A stretch of DNA of 64,000 bases. Source: Marsupella aquatica. Taxonomy: Eukaryota > Plantae > Marchantiophyta. The notes under the pieces are model-generated. The model was not told where the DNA came from and did no database searches. It was given only the letters and a program-made list of their open reading frames with translations. Numbering within the stretch: the stretch's first letter is position 1; each line of letters begins with the position of its first letter. The DNA is taken from the NCBI GenBank assembly GCA_973895155.1, contig OZ316896.1, positions 13,755,442 through 13,819,441 on the forward strand, written 5' to 3'. Shown here in pieces: positions 39,230 to 52,000 of the stretch. Made by a program: the position numbers and the translations under genes.

Positions 39230-40030
39230 TGTGGCACTTTTTGTTAGTTTGTTCTTTCTGCAGTGAGATATCATTATACACTTTGGCTGGTCTTGGCACG
39301 AAATTTTTGGCCTTAATCTATCTTAGTGTTCAACTCAATTCTTTTAACTCAATTCTTTAACCTTCTAGGCAGCTCTTACATATAACAAGTAGGCGCAAAG
39401 GGGCACTTTGTGTCTTCCCATTTATTGCCCCTGTGGCCTCTCGGTTGGTTGTCGCTTTTTATTCTTTCTGGAGTGTGATGTACACTTTTGGCTGGGTTTG
39501 ACATGAACTTTGGGCTTAATCTATCTTAGTCATGAGCTCAATTCTCTTAACTTTTAGGATCTTGCATCACAAGTAAGCACAAAGTAGCACTTTGTGTTCT
39601 CCCCTATATTTCCTCTCGGGGCCTTTGGGTTTTCTCCTGGTTGGCACTTTTTGTTCTTTTGGCAGCGTGGTATATACTTTGGCTTGACATGAAGGTTGTC
39701 CTTAATCTATCTTAGTCATGAGCTCAATTCTTGAACTTCTAGGCACTTACATACCACAAGTAAGCACAAAGTAAGCTCTCTTGATACCTTACTTTGAAAT
39801 GAACTTTTTGCCTTTACTTGTCATGGTCATGAGCTCAGTCTTTCAGCTTCTAGCCTCTATATAGTACAAGTAAGCACAGATAAGAGCTCTCCCTTACTTT
39901 TGAAATGAACTGTTTGGATTACATCTATCTTAGTGATGAGCTCAGTCCTTTCAACCCTAAACTTTTACGCCCTTGAATAGAACAAGTGAAGCAAAGATTA
40001 AGCTCTCTTCCTTAATTTTAAAACTAACTT
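39230..40030. repeat. Degenerate tandem array, ~110-200-bp units
   Basis: ccttaatctatcttagtcatgagctcaattc...acaagtaagcacaaag recurs at ~39310, 39515, 39700, 39825 and 39920. Confidence 0.8.
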
Positions 40031-41817
40031 TTCTGCCTAAAAATATGTCTTAAACCAATGTGCTATGCACCACAGGCACTTGTAATAGTTGCAAGGGTAG
40101 TTGTAAGAATTCTATCTAGAAAATACAAAAATACAAACCAGGGAATTCTGCCTGCGAGTTGCGGAGCTTGCTTAAAAGGCAGTTTCCCCTTCAAAACATT
40201 AAGCATAAAGCTCTCACCCCTGCTTTTGACATTAGCTTTTTGCCTTTGAAATATATCTCAATTATGAAGCTCAATGTATGATTTGAGTGCAATATATCCC
40301 AAAGCTTTTGGCACACTGGAACATTATAGAAAAAAGTACATAGCTCTCTCCCCTACATTTGATGTGGTGCATGTATGTGGGCACTTTCTACCCCACATCT
40401 ACACCTGCTCTATGGTTGTCACTCCTTAGGGCTCATAATCTGGAGTTTGTTTTTCAAAGAATGATACCTTTATTCATTTTCTATAAAACAACAAGGCTCC
40501 CGTCAGAGAGGAGGAGATGGGCAAAAGTCCAAAATGAACCAAAAATAAGGGGGGCTAGGAGAGGCAGCATCATAAGAGGGAAGAGGGAGGGCCAAACCAA
40601 ACTCATAATCTGGAGTTTTGATCGAGAAGGTTAGTGATCTCCAATTCAGTTTAGGTCCACCCTTCTACCTCATGATCCACCTCCTCACTTGTTGCTATTG
40701 GTACATTGGAGAAGAGTCTCTTGTCTTTTAACTTAGTATCGACACCATCCAATATAAATAAGCAGCCTTTTCTTTTCCTTTCATTACTTGTAGACATTTC
40801 CCTCTTTCAATTTAGTGTTGTGGCATTGTTTTCTTCTGACACCCTCCGCCATATTAAAGTGAGGTTTCATACTAAAGTAAGGAAACCTCATTGTGAGGTG
40901 TATGTTTGGCTCGTTGGTCTTGGTGCACTGGAGAAGAGTCTCTCGATGCAAATTCACTCAAAACAAATTCATCACATACCACCTATAAGTTTGAGCTTAA
41001 ACCCCAGTGCAAGATTATTGACTCTTATAAAAGTTTACTGCATTCAAAAGTCCCAACATTTTTGTCCGCTACCATACACTTCAATTCTCAACCTGGCTGG
41101 TTCCAGGTTATCTTGGGGCATTGACTGCCATCTTGTGAAAGTTTCCCATCCATGAAAAAAATAGTTGAATGACTACATATTGTATATATTATAGATTACA
41201 CTAACCCAAGTCAACAGGCAATTGGCTTTAGGACTCATGCAGCCTCATGATTAGCCCGTGCTAACTGACTCCAACCATAACTTCACCATGGACCAGGTTC
41301 CCCACTTCGGCACTCCTTGGTGTCCACTTCGACAAATGCCCTAAACCTACTGTGTCTTGGTACCCCTCATTTCACCCACTTTTATGGTCAGAGGGGGTTA
41401 GCTAGGATAAATAGGAGCCTCCTCACATCCCCAGATCAATTATGTCATCTCACTTTAGTCTAATCTGTTAAGTAAAACCAAATACAAAATGAGGGGCAAT
41501 CTGAGAATTAAATTAGTTTTGGGGCCAAGCTAATAATTTTGGCAAGTTTAGTGTCCCAAAAGTAAAAACTCATATACAAAATGCGGGACAAAATGGGGGC
41601 AACCTGGTAATTAGATTAGTTTTGGGGGCAGAAGAGAAAAAAACCAAAGTTATCTGTATCAATCAAAGTATATCTGGCCAGTGGTTCTCGATGCGACTGA
41701 CCTAACAGAACCCATACCAATCAATTCATGAACCAATGGATATTATAGGTCTTTGGTTTACTACCCTACTCCACGGTAGCAATGAATTAACTATCACCTT
41801 CATCAGTGATAATGGAA

Positions 41818-42010
41818 TGGGACCATTGGTCTTATAAATCAATGTTCACATTGCCAAAACACATAGATGTGGGCCATTGATCTCAGAAATCAATGGTCAG
41901 ATTAACAAAGCACATAGATTTGGACCATTGATCTTAGAAATCAATTGTTGATTGCCAAAACACATAGAAAGGACCAACTCTCAGAAATCAATGGTCAGAT
42001 TGCCACAACA
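41818..42010. repeat. ~52-bp tandem repeat, ~4 copies
   Basis: ggaccattgatct(c/t)agaaatcaatggtcagattgccaaaacacataga units. Confidence 0.75.
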
Positions 42011-43047
42011 TTGCTCTCTTTCTCACCGCAGTCTCATGCAACTTTGTTCATTGTTGAATAGAAGATAAAGGAGTCATGTAGGTGAACTGAAAAGAGGGGG
42101 AAAGGACTGTCTGTATAGTCGATAGACTTGTTGGTTGATGACTCCATTTTTCTCCCCCAGCTGTTGGTTTCACGTTTGCTGGCTTGCACTCATCTGCTCT
42201 CACCTCTTGCGCATGAACAGATCCACAAATTGAAGGTGGTCTAGAAAACCATCGTGTGGATTGACCATCTCATTAACTGGTGCAAGACTGGAGCTGGAAA
42301 TCCTCCTTCAAAGCTAATTAGTGCTCTGCTCTAGTGCTTTTGACGTTGAGCTCATGAGCGCCCTTCAAATGATGGGGCTTGGTTCTTGCTCCCTTCAACT
42401 CCGCCGCTTTTGTGCAAACAAATTCACAACCTTCTTCTGCCGAACAACACACTCAAGCATTTGTTTCGGCGCTCTCTACAAGTAGGTGGGATTCTCAAAG
42501 TACCTGAATGTCCTTAGATACCCATTCAGGAGAGCACTGACTGTCTGAGACTCGATCAGCCCACCTGTCAAGTCAACTCTGCATGGAAATTACCAGTCTC
42601 GTGTGCAACAGATGAGAGATTCCGCCAGGTGACTGATTCAGGATTTAGACCCTACCGAGCTAATGCTGATCATTTATTGAGTTCTGTGAAAGTACAAAAC
42701 CTTTGAACCAGAGACCTGACCTGCTTTCCTTATCAAGCCCTCCATCATTGAGACCTAGGTGGATTCGCAATTCTTACTAACTTTGAACCAGGGACTTAAC
42801 CTCCATCCTGATCAAGCCAATCATCATAGAGGCGGATCCACAATTCTTACTAATGCGAACAAAATCTTTCAACCGGAAACATAACCTCCTTTCTCATAGA
42901 GTCGTCGGTGGGTTCAGAAGTGTTACTAAGCTGAAGAAGAGGGGCATGCCTCTGCAGCACTGATCTACTCCTGAGGACTCTGTCTCTCCTCCACACGAGC
43001 GATTGAATGGGAGGACGCCCCAAAGAGTGCTCCAATCCAAGTGAGAC

Positions 43048-44228
43048 TCAGGTCCGATTGTAAGAAGAGGAGGCGGACGTTTCCCTCAAGTACTTCTGCT
43101 CAAATTGACGTCTGATCTGCAGTGCTTTGTCGTATAGGTCCAGATCCAGCCCATCCACATTCCTGCCCACCCTGGCCTGCAACATCAGCTGCGATCATTC
43201 ATACACAGTAGTGAGATAGATTCTTCGTGACTGAGACCGGGCAGCCAGTTAACCCCCTGAGAAAATCGTACTTTTGGAAACGGAAGGCTTCTTTCAGGTG
43301 TCATGCAATATTCACTGCCAGCCAGGTGTATGCTCAAAAGCAATTAGATAGATAGATAGATCAATCGATAGCACGAACAATGAGAAATAGGATATAAAGC
43401 AAAACTTTGCTTGGCAAGCTAAATCAGTGAGATCTCCCGGTCTCCAGCACCTCGGATTGGAAATCAGGGTCAGGCAATAGCTCCCCAATAAATTGGTACA
43501 GAGATCCAATCCTCATCTCTAGGTTTCTCAAATGCCGCGTGTCCACCCTGAATCTGGCACCACCGTGAGTGATCACTGCCATCCCCGTCTGCGCAGAATA
43601 GCTCTCCAACCTACCTCCATCCAACCACACAAAACAGCGTAGGATTTCAAGTTTTATGTCTAGTCATTGGAGTTCTTCACCCAGATAGACCAGCAAGACG
43701 ATTGGAGGCATTGCACTGAAAGAGATAAAGACAAGATCCCTTATGCCTCGAGAGATGAATCTCCCTCCCTTCCTGGCCAAATTTAGGACTTTTCCGATTT
43801 ATCTCCGTAATTCTAATCACTGTACCCTCTGTCCTGTATCTCCAATCATTTGGGGGCATAACAGTGGACGGGGACTCGATATCAGGACCTGGACTGTGCA
43901 TTGCACACAAATCAAGTTAATCTTGCGGAGATCAAGGTTCACGTCCTGTGGGATGAATAAAGTCCACAGTGAATCATACAATTGCGTACAAGAGAGGTGT
44001 TTATTTCACAACATTGCATTTACACCGGACGCATTGGTGCAAGTATGCTGGAGAAACTGACCCATCCATCCAGAGACGTCACGAGCAGGACAAAGTGCTG
44101 ATTAAATGGCTGGGCATGAGAGAGACTTACAAGCCGAGAATTCGAAGGGACTGCAATGCCTTGTAGTACTGCGACGAAGGTTTCAACTCGGGCAGCTGCA
44201 CGATTATACCGGGCTTCAAGTCCCCCAT
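43048..44228 (-). CDS. TEN1: CST telomere complex subunit TEN1; exons 44228-44131, 43610-43451, 43188-43048
   Basis: Spliced product MGDLKPGIIVQLPELKPSSQYYKALQSLRILGLLESYSAQTGMAVITHGG...RIGSLYQFIGEL...LMLQARVGRNVDGLDLDLYDKAL. The GSLYQFIGEL and QARVGRNVDG motifs match plant TEN1, and the GT-AG introns are in frame. Confidence 0.93.
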
Positions 44229-46136
44229 GATCTGGGTGGAACCGATTCCCCGAGCCACTTGTTGAGCCAAGGTGACCCCTGTCCCCACCTGTGCTGCTGA
44301 CTCTGTGGACGCTAAAGAGGGAGTAGGGTTTATCACCAAAACCTCAAAACCTCAAGATTCGCTCCAGTTAACTTTTAGAAAAACACGCTCGCATCCGACG
44401 GAGATGACTGATCAAAACACGCCTTGAACTCCAATCTCATTCATCTTGATCGTGTTCCTTTCGTCTCCTTGTCCAGACAGGAAGAAATCGTTCAGAACAC
44501 TCACTTGACGTGGGTGCAAGGAATACAGTACTCTCATCGACCCTTAAAGGGATTCTAGGAGCAAATGAGTAAGTACAGCAGACAATAAGTGGGCCGGACC
44601 TTTGAATCTACAGAAAGAACGTTTGAGTATAAAGTAGGCCTATGGCATGCTCTTGTTGATGTATTTATACAAAGAGTCATGGGAGGATTGACAGAAGATG
44701 GGCAACGATAAACGTATGTCAAACTGCCCCCGCAAAAAAATGCCAAAACGGGAGACAGGATCCCACAGGCGAAAGATCCAATAAAGGGGGGAAATAGGAA
44801 AGGGAGAAGACCCCAGAAGACCGAAGGTTTTGGCTTACAAACAGGAATTACGATACCCAACCTTTACTTGACGGGAGGCTTCTTTAAGTGGGTAAGACTT
44901 TTTTGGGGGACAATATACTTCCCAATTTGCGTGTTTAAGTTCCGACCGCGATGCGCTTTTGCTGTAATTTGTCGTGAGGAGATTCTTGCGTTGAATCTTT
45001 GATTCCCATCCAGCCCTCGTCCACTCACAGTTTGAGGAGAATTGAAGGCATGGTAGTTGACATCTGGCTTCAGTTATGGGCTTTACTGATTTTTCCTATG
45101 GTCTTATCATCATGTTCAAGATCATTCAGATGCACCTACATGCCAATGTTTTGTTGCTCGGCCCATGCTCCAGAAAGAGTCATCCTGGTGTGTGTCGTCG
45201 GCCTCGTGGAGTAGTTGAAATCTTGGGCGGATAAGACAATCTCAACCGGTTTGACTAAGGAAGAATTGTAAAGCCTCATTTAGGTAGGAAACTCTCCACT
45301 CAAGCGTGCAATTGTTAACGACAAGCTGTGTGTGGCAATCTCATCTGCTTCTTCTTCCCGGGTGTTATTTAGTGGTCGTCCCAGTTCAACATATGCTTTG
45401 ATGAGGACTTTAAAGCTGTCACTTCAGATGTGCAGGCTTCAGACTTCGAGACTGGTGTGAGAACCGCTAACAAGACAGGCTCATCTTTCAGATTCCAGCT
45501 CATTTTCAATGTGCATCTCGAATTTTGCTTGACGAGTTTTATGTCTGCAGGCCTCCCAAACACCTGTGTATGTACTTTCACATGGATCATCACCTCTACA
45601 ATTATGCCTCTACAAACGAAAGGCTGCATCAGGAGTGTACTTTAACTTGCAATGTAAACTGTTCTGGATGAATCAACTTAATTGCTGGGTTGATGGACCC
45701 GCTGCCAGTGCAAACAGTCTCTCTTGCACTTAAGAGCTGTCAACCCACATCTTTCCCGGTTTCAGGACAATCGATTACCTCAGACGCCAAGCGCTTGCAA
45801 TGCAATAATTGATGTGAACAAGGAAATGCCTGACAATCCGTATTTCTCCTGATTTTTCTCCTGATTTCAGAACACAATCTGGTGCTGTTTAGTAGCTCAA
45901 AAGTCCAAGCGCTTGAAAATGCACACCACCGAAAAATAAAAGCTTGAATTTTGATCTGCGAATTGAACCTAGACGATGCTGCCTCAGGTGATCTCTTAAC
46001 ACAGCTCTTGCCTGAGGTCCTCCTTCAAAACTAGAAGTCTAGTCCGCTACCTTGCCTAAGAAAGTCAAGCACCTCAAAGTGCCAAAATCGTCAACGTCAA
46101 AAACGAAAGCGTGACACCTTGATTTGCTGAAGAGGG

Positions 46137-49055
46137 TCAGATAATGCCCCCTCCCATAACCTCTCGGAACAAAACTTCTCTCGTCTCGGGTCCTCCTTCA
46201 AAGACTGCTAATGTGGGGATACTTACACCGGTGTAACCTCCAGGATGGGGATTCACTCCGGCGTACACTTCAGGATTCAATCCATCTCGGCGCTCTATAA
46301 TCATGTTGTGAAGAAGGCAGCATGCAAACACCATTTTCCCTATACGCTCCTTTCGTGGCTTCCAAAGTATGCGAGAGAGAATTCTCCAAGTTCCTTTGAG
46401 ACGTACCAAGGCATCCTCAACACACTGCTTTGCTACTGCGTGTCTGGAGTTCCACTCATCTTTGGCGGCAGAAAGGCCACTGGGATATGGCACCATCAAC
46501 CAATCATATAGGGGGTATCCACCATCTCCTAGGACATACTCTCTAAGGGAACTCCCATCCTGTGTAATATAGGGATCCCCGTTCAGCCTCTCCTTCGTAA
46601 TTACAACGTTCCGGAAGAAATTTGTATTCTGCAACAGCTGGTACTCCTGAATACTACCTGGCCATCCTACTACGACATCCAAAAAGCGCTGGTCATGCCC
46701 CACAATCGCTTGCATGGAGATGCTGACATGATTCTGGTGATCACAGTATTGTGTAACATCCTCACCTTTTGGAAACTCCACCGTGAAATGGGTTCCATCC
46801 ACCACTCCACAACAATTTGGAAAACCCCACTGACTCTTGAACCCGTCCTTGATCTGTTGTATTTGTTCTCCATTCGGCCACTGGAGGTGCAGGGGCCTGG
46901 CTTTCTTGATGAAGGCCACGATGAATTTCCAAGTGACCTTGACGGCAGTGCTCTTTGAAACACCAAATGAATCCGCTATACCCAAAAACTGGTTCCCCGT
47001 GGCTAATCTCCGAATGGCGATGGCAACCTGCCTCTCCACTGTCAGGACACGGTTAGGTAAAACTCTCAAAGATCTGGGTGTATCGCTCAGCATCTCATCC
47101 CTTACCATGTCACATATATGGAAGAAGAGATTCGGGCTGATTCTGAAAAGCTCTCTAAATTTTTCAGGATCTCCTTGAGGGCTGAAATCAAGGAAGGATT
47201 CAATCGCTTGAGCTGAGCGAGGCTTGATGTACCATGGGCCGGTCAGCTCCCTTGGCCTCTTCTGTGTTCGCTTCCTATGTTCCTGCATGAGCAAGAACAT
47301 GGAGACGACAATGTTGTTGCGAAGAGAGCTGGAACTTCTAGTCATGGCCGAATGGAGACGCAGAGCGGTTGATTCGCTGAGGGGAGAAGACGAGGTGCTG
47401 GTCATCCCTTCCATCCCTGTCCGCTGAAGGTGCCCATCACGGTCCTGGGAAACCCCTGCCATCCCTGTCTTCTCGAGCTGCCCAATGAGCTCTCCGATAC
47501 TCCCAAGTGCCCCGGCTAACGTCGAGAAGAATGCAGCCACAGCGGCTAGGAGAATCATCTTTCTCCTTTTCTCAGGTGACTGAGAGTCCTCCGCCGAATT
47601 ATTTTCTCCGACTTCCATCGGTGCATCCAATTCTGCCGCCGAGGAATCATTTGTGTGCTGCACCTTGGCCTCCCCCTCCAGACGTTCGCTTTCTACGCCA
47701 TCCATGGCTTCCAATTCTGATTTAGGGTGATCGTTCATACCCACCTTAATCTCATTCTCCCCAGTAGAATTTTCCACGAAATGCAGAGTTTCAGAATGTG
47801 GATGAGGGTCACTTACGATCACATTGGCCACGTCGTTCGCAGCACTTATCACGGCATGAACAAATCCCAATCCTGAACCAGGATCATCACTCACGGGCAG
47901 TATCTCGGTAGTCTCCCCTTCAATCATCACTTCAACGTGCTCCAGAGCTTCCAATTCTGGCTGGTGATGATGATCTATGCCTATCTCTGTCCCATCTTCT
48001 TCACTTCGTTCGACACGCAGAGCTTCCAAACCTAACTGAGGAGGATATTCTATGCAAGTCTCGGTACCAGGCAGAGCTACAAGTCCTGGCTGTTGAGGAT
48101 TACCATTCAAACTCATATCGGTAGCCTCGTCTCCCTCAAATCTTCCTTCGTTGACAGAGAAAGGTTCCAATTCTAATTGAGGATCACTTATTCGCAGGTG
48201 GGCCTCATCCTCGACACGACGTTTGAGTACATGCGGCTCGCCTTCCAACTGTGACTCAAGATCATCTACGTGCATCTCTGTGGTCTCATGGTCCCCACAC
48301 ATGTCTCCGACAGGCAGCCCGTCTCCAAATGCTGACTCGATTGCAGCACTTAAGAGCACCTGGGTCCCTTCCGCTATTTCCACGCCATGTAGAGCTTTCA
48401 AATCCGGAAGAGGAGAACGACTTGTACCGAGCACATTGTGCACATCCGCAGTACTACGGATTTCGTGACTACGCAGCTCTTCTTGCACTCCAAGAACTGG
48501 TGGTGATTCAAAAGGAGTTCTAAATGCTACATTATTGTTGTACTCACCTCCGGAAGGAATTTCGTCCTCAACAGCAGAACGTATCAAAGCCGACAGAGAC
48601 TCCTTACACGAATTACCAGACGGATCTTCTTCGGTACCCAGTAACTCTTCCAAAGCTGATTGATGACGGTTCTTGATGAAGCTCTCCTCGTCCTTGTCTT
48701 CAATCGCAGCAACAGCAGAATTGTCTCCCGATGTGTGCGATGCAGAATTGTCTCCTACTATTTGCGACGTAGTCAAAGCTGACTGAGGATAGTCGTTCTG
48801 TTCACAATCAAGCTGGTGTTCTTGTTCTTCTTCGAGATGCAGCACTTTCAATGCTGGTCGATGAGGACCACTTTCAGACTCTTCTTCATCGGCTGCTTCC
48901 AACTTCCTTTTCCTTGAAGGCGAGTGCTGCTGCTGAAGATCATCATCGTTCGGAACGTCACTGCCGCTGCTGGCCGGATTCCCAAAACCACCTTCAAACT
49001 CTCCCACGCCCTGGATGCTATGGGACTCCTCTACCGGGAGGTCGTCGATCTCCAT
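46137..49055 (-). CDS. Harbinger transposase-derived ALP1/HARBI1-like DDE nuclease with long acidic N-terminal extension (intronless, ~972 aa from ATG 49055)
   Basis: FRELFRISPNLFFHIC, VAIAIRRLATG...IADSFGVSKSTA (HTH), LQWP, GFPNCCGVVDGTH, YVLGDGGYPL, VEDALVRLKGTWRIL, ACCLLHNMII. The ORF-track start at 49145 is TTG; the first ATG (MEIDD) is at 49055. Confidence 0.93.
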   Translation of the reverse strand: MEIDDLPVEESHSIQGVGEFEGGFGNPASSGSDVPNDDDLQQQHSPSRKRKLEAADEEESESGPHRPALKVLHLEEEQEHQLDCEQNDYPQSALTTSQIVGDNSASHTSGDNSAVAAIEDKDEESFIKNRHQSALEELLGTEEDPSGNSCKESLSALIRSAVEDEIPSGGEYNNNVAFRTPFESPPVLGVQEELRSHEIRSTADVHNVLGTSRSPLPDLKALHGVEIAEGTQVLLSAAIESAFGDGLPVGDMCGDHETTEMHVDDLESQLEGEPHVLKRRVEDEAHLRISDPQLELEPFSVNEGRFEGDEATDMSLNGNPQQPGLVALPGTETCIEYPPQLGLEALRVERSEEDGTEIGIDHHHQPELEALEHVEVMIEGETTEILPVSDDPGSGLGFVHAVISAANDVANVIVSDPHPHSETLHFVENSTGENEIKVGMNDHPKSELEAMDGVESERLEGEAKVQHTNDSSAAELDAPMEVGENNSAEDSQSPEKRRKMILLAAVAAFFSTLAGALGSIGELIGQLEKTGMAGVSQDRDGHLQRTGMEGMTSTSSSPLSESTALRLHSAMTRSSSSLRNNIVVSMFLLMQEHRKRTQKRPRELTGPWYIKPRSAQAIESFLDFSPQGDPEKFRELFRISPNLFFHICDMVRDEMLSDTPRSLRVLPNRVLTVERQVAIAIRRLATGNQFLGIADSFGVSKSTAVKVTWKFIVAFIKKARPLHLQWPNGEQIQQIKDGFKSQWGFPNCCGVVDGTHFTVEFPKGEDVTQYCDHQNHVSISMQAIVGHDQRFLDVVVGWPGSIQEYQLLQNTNFFRNVVITKERLNGDPYITQDGSSLREYVLGDGGYPLYDWLMVPYPSGLSAAKDEWNSRHAVAKQCVEDALVRLKGTWRILSRILWKPRKERIGKMVFACCLLHNMIIERRDGLNPEVYAGVNPHPGGYTGVSIPTLAVFEGGPETREVLFREVMGGGII

Positions 49056-52000
49056 TGCACCGGGTTTAGGAGAACCTAAGCTTCTAGCTGGGCCGAGGAA
49101 GGAAGAAAACTCCAATGTCTTACAGCAATAACTGCCTCCCGGCAATGGTCTATTTTCTCAAACCACACGAAGCTGATGAACTCGGCCTTTCCACTTCCTC
49201 TTGCGGTAGCAAGCAATCGGCTGGCTCCCTTTTACTCACTCATTCACTTGCCACCAGCGTCTCGCTTGCCACTGAAATTCCAGTACCATGAAATTTACAC
49301 TTGTCAGTTGAACGTTTATCCCGGAAATATGAGCAGTCAAAAATGAACAAACACCCGGTTGGAATCCGGAACTTTGTTGTCTCCACAAAATCCGTAAAAT
49401 TACTGTAATAGAAGCTGGATGACGATGAAATAAACTTCTCTCAGCAGCGCAGGAAAGAATATAGACCTCGTTGCGTTATGTTGCTGCAATGAGCGCAAAG
49501 CAGCAGTAAGCCCTCCAGATGAGATGCGATCTCTCGCCCCTACCTAGCTACTAGCAGGATGAACTTGGAGACAGAGTTTTCAGAGGGACCTACACACTCA
49601 CGAGTCTGTCTACTATCGACGCCTCCAGTGTGAACATGCAGAGTTTTCTCTCCTGTCAAGATTGCCGTTTCCCTCGACTACCATTTCTGAAGGCCTAGTA
49701 CGACCTAAAACAATGTACACGGCCTCCCGTGTGCTTCACAACAATCAGCACAAGCGCAGCCGACGCTCAGGTTGGGAATTCTTTCCTTATGAATGCCCAT
49801 CCTTCAAGACCGAAACCATTGCCGAAACTGAACAGCTGATTGTCAAGATATTGTCAAAATAGAGTGCTCGCATGCCCAGGCATCCATTGTCGCCCAGACT
49901 CCATAGAATTGCTATTCTATCGCGACAGTATCAGCTACCGCTTGGAGACGAGAATTTCAGTTCTCGGCAGAAGACTATTACTAGCGATCAGAGTTGCCGG
50001 CTACATTTTCCGTGGAGACGGGGAATGAATGTGAATAGGAACGCCCTACGTAGGGAGCAATCGAAACGGAAAGCAGTCGAAAAGCACAGCGCAAGGTAGG
50101 GCAGGGCACGGGATCAGAGCCGCACTCACTTGAAATGGTAATTGGCAAGGTCGGGGGCGCGGGCCCGTTGAGAGGTAATGGAATAATCAGGAGTAATGCC
50201 TCTAGTGAGTTGAAATCCTCCGTTGTCCTGCGAGAGTCAATGCACCGTTGAGATGTAGCTTCGCTCCAAGCCAAGCAGATTCAAGCCTGCGCGCGAATTG
50301 GGGTGAACAGAAATCTCAAGTAAATCGATACACTCCTACTTTCCCGTCACAAATCCCAAAACATTGGCGCCAAGTTTAGGCACGCAGGCAGATACGTGCT
50401 GCTAGCGTGGCTTTCTACATTGCTGCTGCAGCATAACCGTTCTCATTCAGTTTTGCAGCATTTGGAGTCTCCGATTTTACGGACGGACCTCAAGCACCTT
50501 CGGTAGAGCAGTGGAAGCTTGGCCTAGCTTGTTAGGGGTCTCCTACCAGGCCTCCTGAGGGCGAGGGTGCAAAATATTATTGCCTCGCCCTCTCGATGCT
50601 CCCAACTGGAAAGTCGAAACCCTGCCCTCACTAGTACACGGTACAGTACTTGGTCCGCCGTGTTGTTTTCTACTGCGTAGATTTATGTAAAGAACCTCCG
50701 CAGAAGTCATGGATTCCAATCATGATCTTCCAGAGCGAACGGTACCGCAACCTTGTTTGATAAAATCAGTTTGCTCTCGCGAGAGAGAAAAACAGAGAGA
50801 GAGAGACGGAGAGAGACGAAGAGGAGTCTCAGCACGATCTAGGTTAGACACACATAGTCGAGATGCCATTCAAACTTGGTTTTCCAATGAACTGCTCAGC
50901 GAAATCTCCCGTAAGTGAGGCGCAAGGAAATTTATTCAATCTTGCCTTTTGAATGAACCCTCCAGTACGTCTCCTTTGTTACTCCACGCAGCACTTCCTC
51001 GTCGCTTTTATCTTTTCTTAGTTGTTCTATTTGAATTTTGCGATCTAATGCATTCGAATCGTCCACTCTTGGAGGAGACTCACATTAAGTAGCCATGATG
51101 AAACGTGAATTGTGCTCCGCTCCCAATTATACCGGCGGTTAGACTCCTAAACATTACGATAGATAGAATCAAGAAACGGATGGGAATGAGAATCACTCTT
51201 CGTAAAGAATATTAACGACAGAATCATGAAATGAACGGAACGGAACTCAAGACTCACAGATGCAAGTTCACCAACATGAATCCCAAAGTGCAAATGATTG
51301 TGAAAGTAAGCTACTGACACAAGTGCTCACGCAGTGGTGATCTTTGTCGCTCAGGAGCAATGGAGCCAATTGTATCCTACGAGCTATCCCTGGACCGTGT
51401 TCCTTGCAAGCAATCCCGGCCGAAATATAACGCCATTCTCGACAATTCCTGCTTCGACTATCTATGAAAAGTTCATCAGCAGGACCGACGGTACGTGTCT
51501 AGAAGTTCCTAGAAGCAAGGTTTTTTTTTTGCCTTGAAACCGAAAGCAGGCCCATCCAAGGTCTTGAACAAACGAAAATGCCCAAAAAGTTGATTTTACG
51601 CAAGGTCCGTCAGTTGAAAATCAAAGCGCACCAGGATACTCGCCGTCCTCGTTGTTGTTGTGGCAAAGCGATTAGCCTTCGTCTACACATCTTTATAAAA
51701 GTTTTGGCTTTTCATATACCTTTCTCGGTAGGAAATGAATTGTGTGGGATTTGACTGAATCTCTAAGCTGGCCAAGGCAGGCTATGCGGATCGTGAGGGA
51801 AGAAATAAACTAGCGGAATGAGGAATGTTGTCGTGCCGTTGCTGCTGGCTCCAACGTTTTCTTCTGGTCCAGAGAAAAGCAGCAGAAGGGTCCAGGTAGA
51901 TAGCTGCAATCATCGTTCCTTTGCTGGTATTGCGACTGGCTCAACGAAATGTACCTTAGCGCGACGGAGGTGCACTTGTCACACAGGCTGCGGTTCGGTG

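Noticed and set aside
40640-41155. 149-aa ORF or possible MULE gene remnant next to a TIR-like end
   Set aside because: No recognisable transposase motif in any frame I could read, and the partner TIR was not found.
49056-49145. 30-aa N-terminal extension in the ORF track
   Set aside because: Begins at TTG, a bacterial-style start; the first ATG is at 49055.
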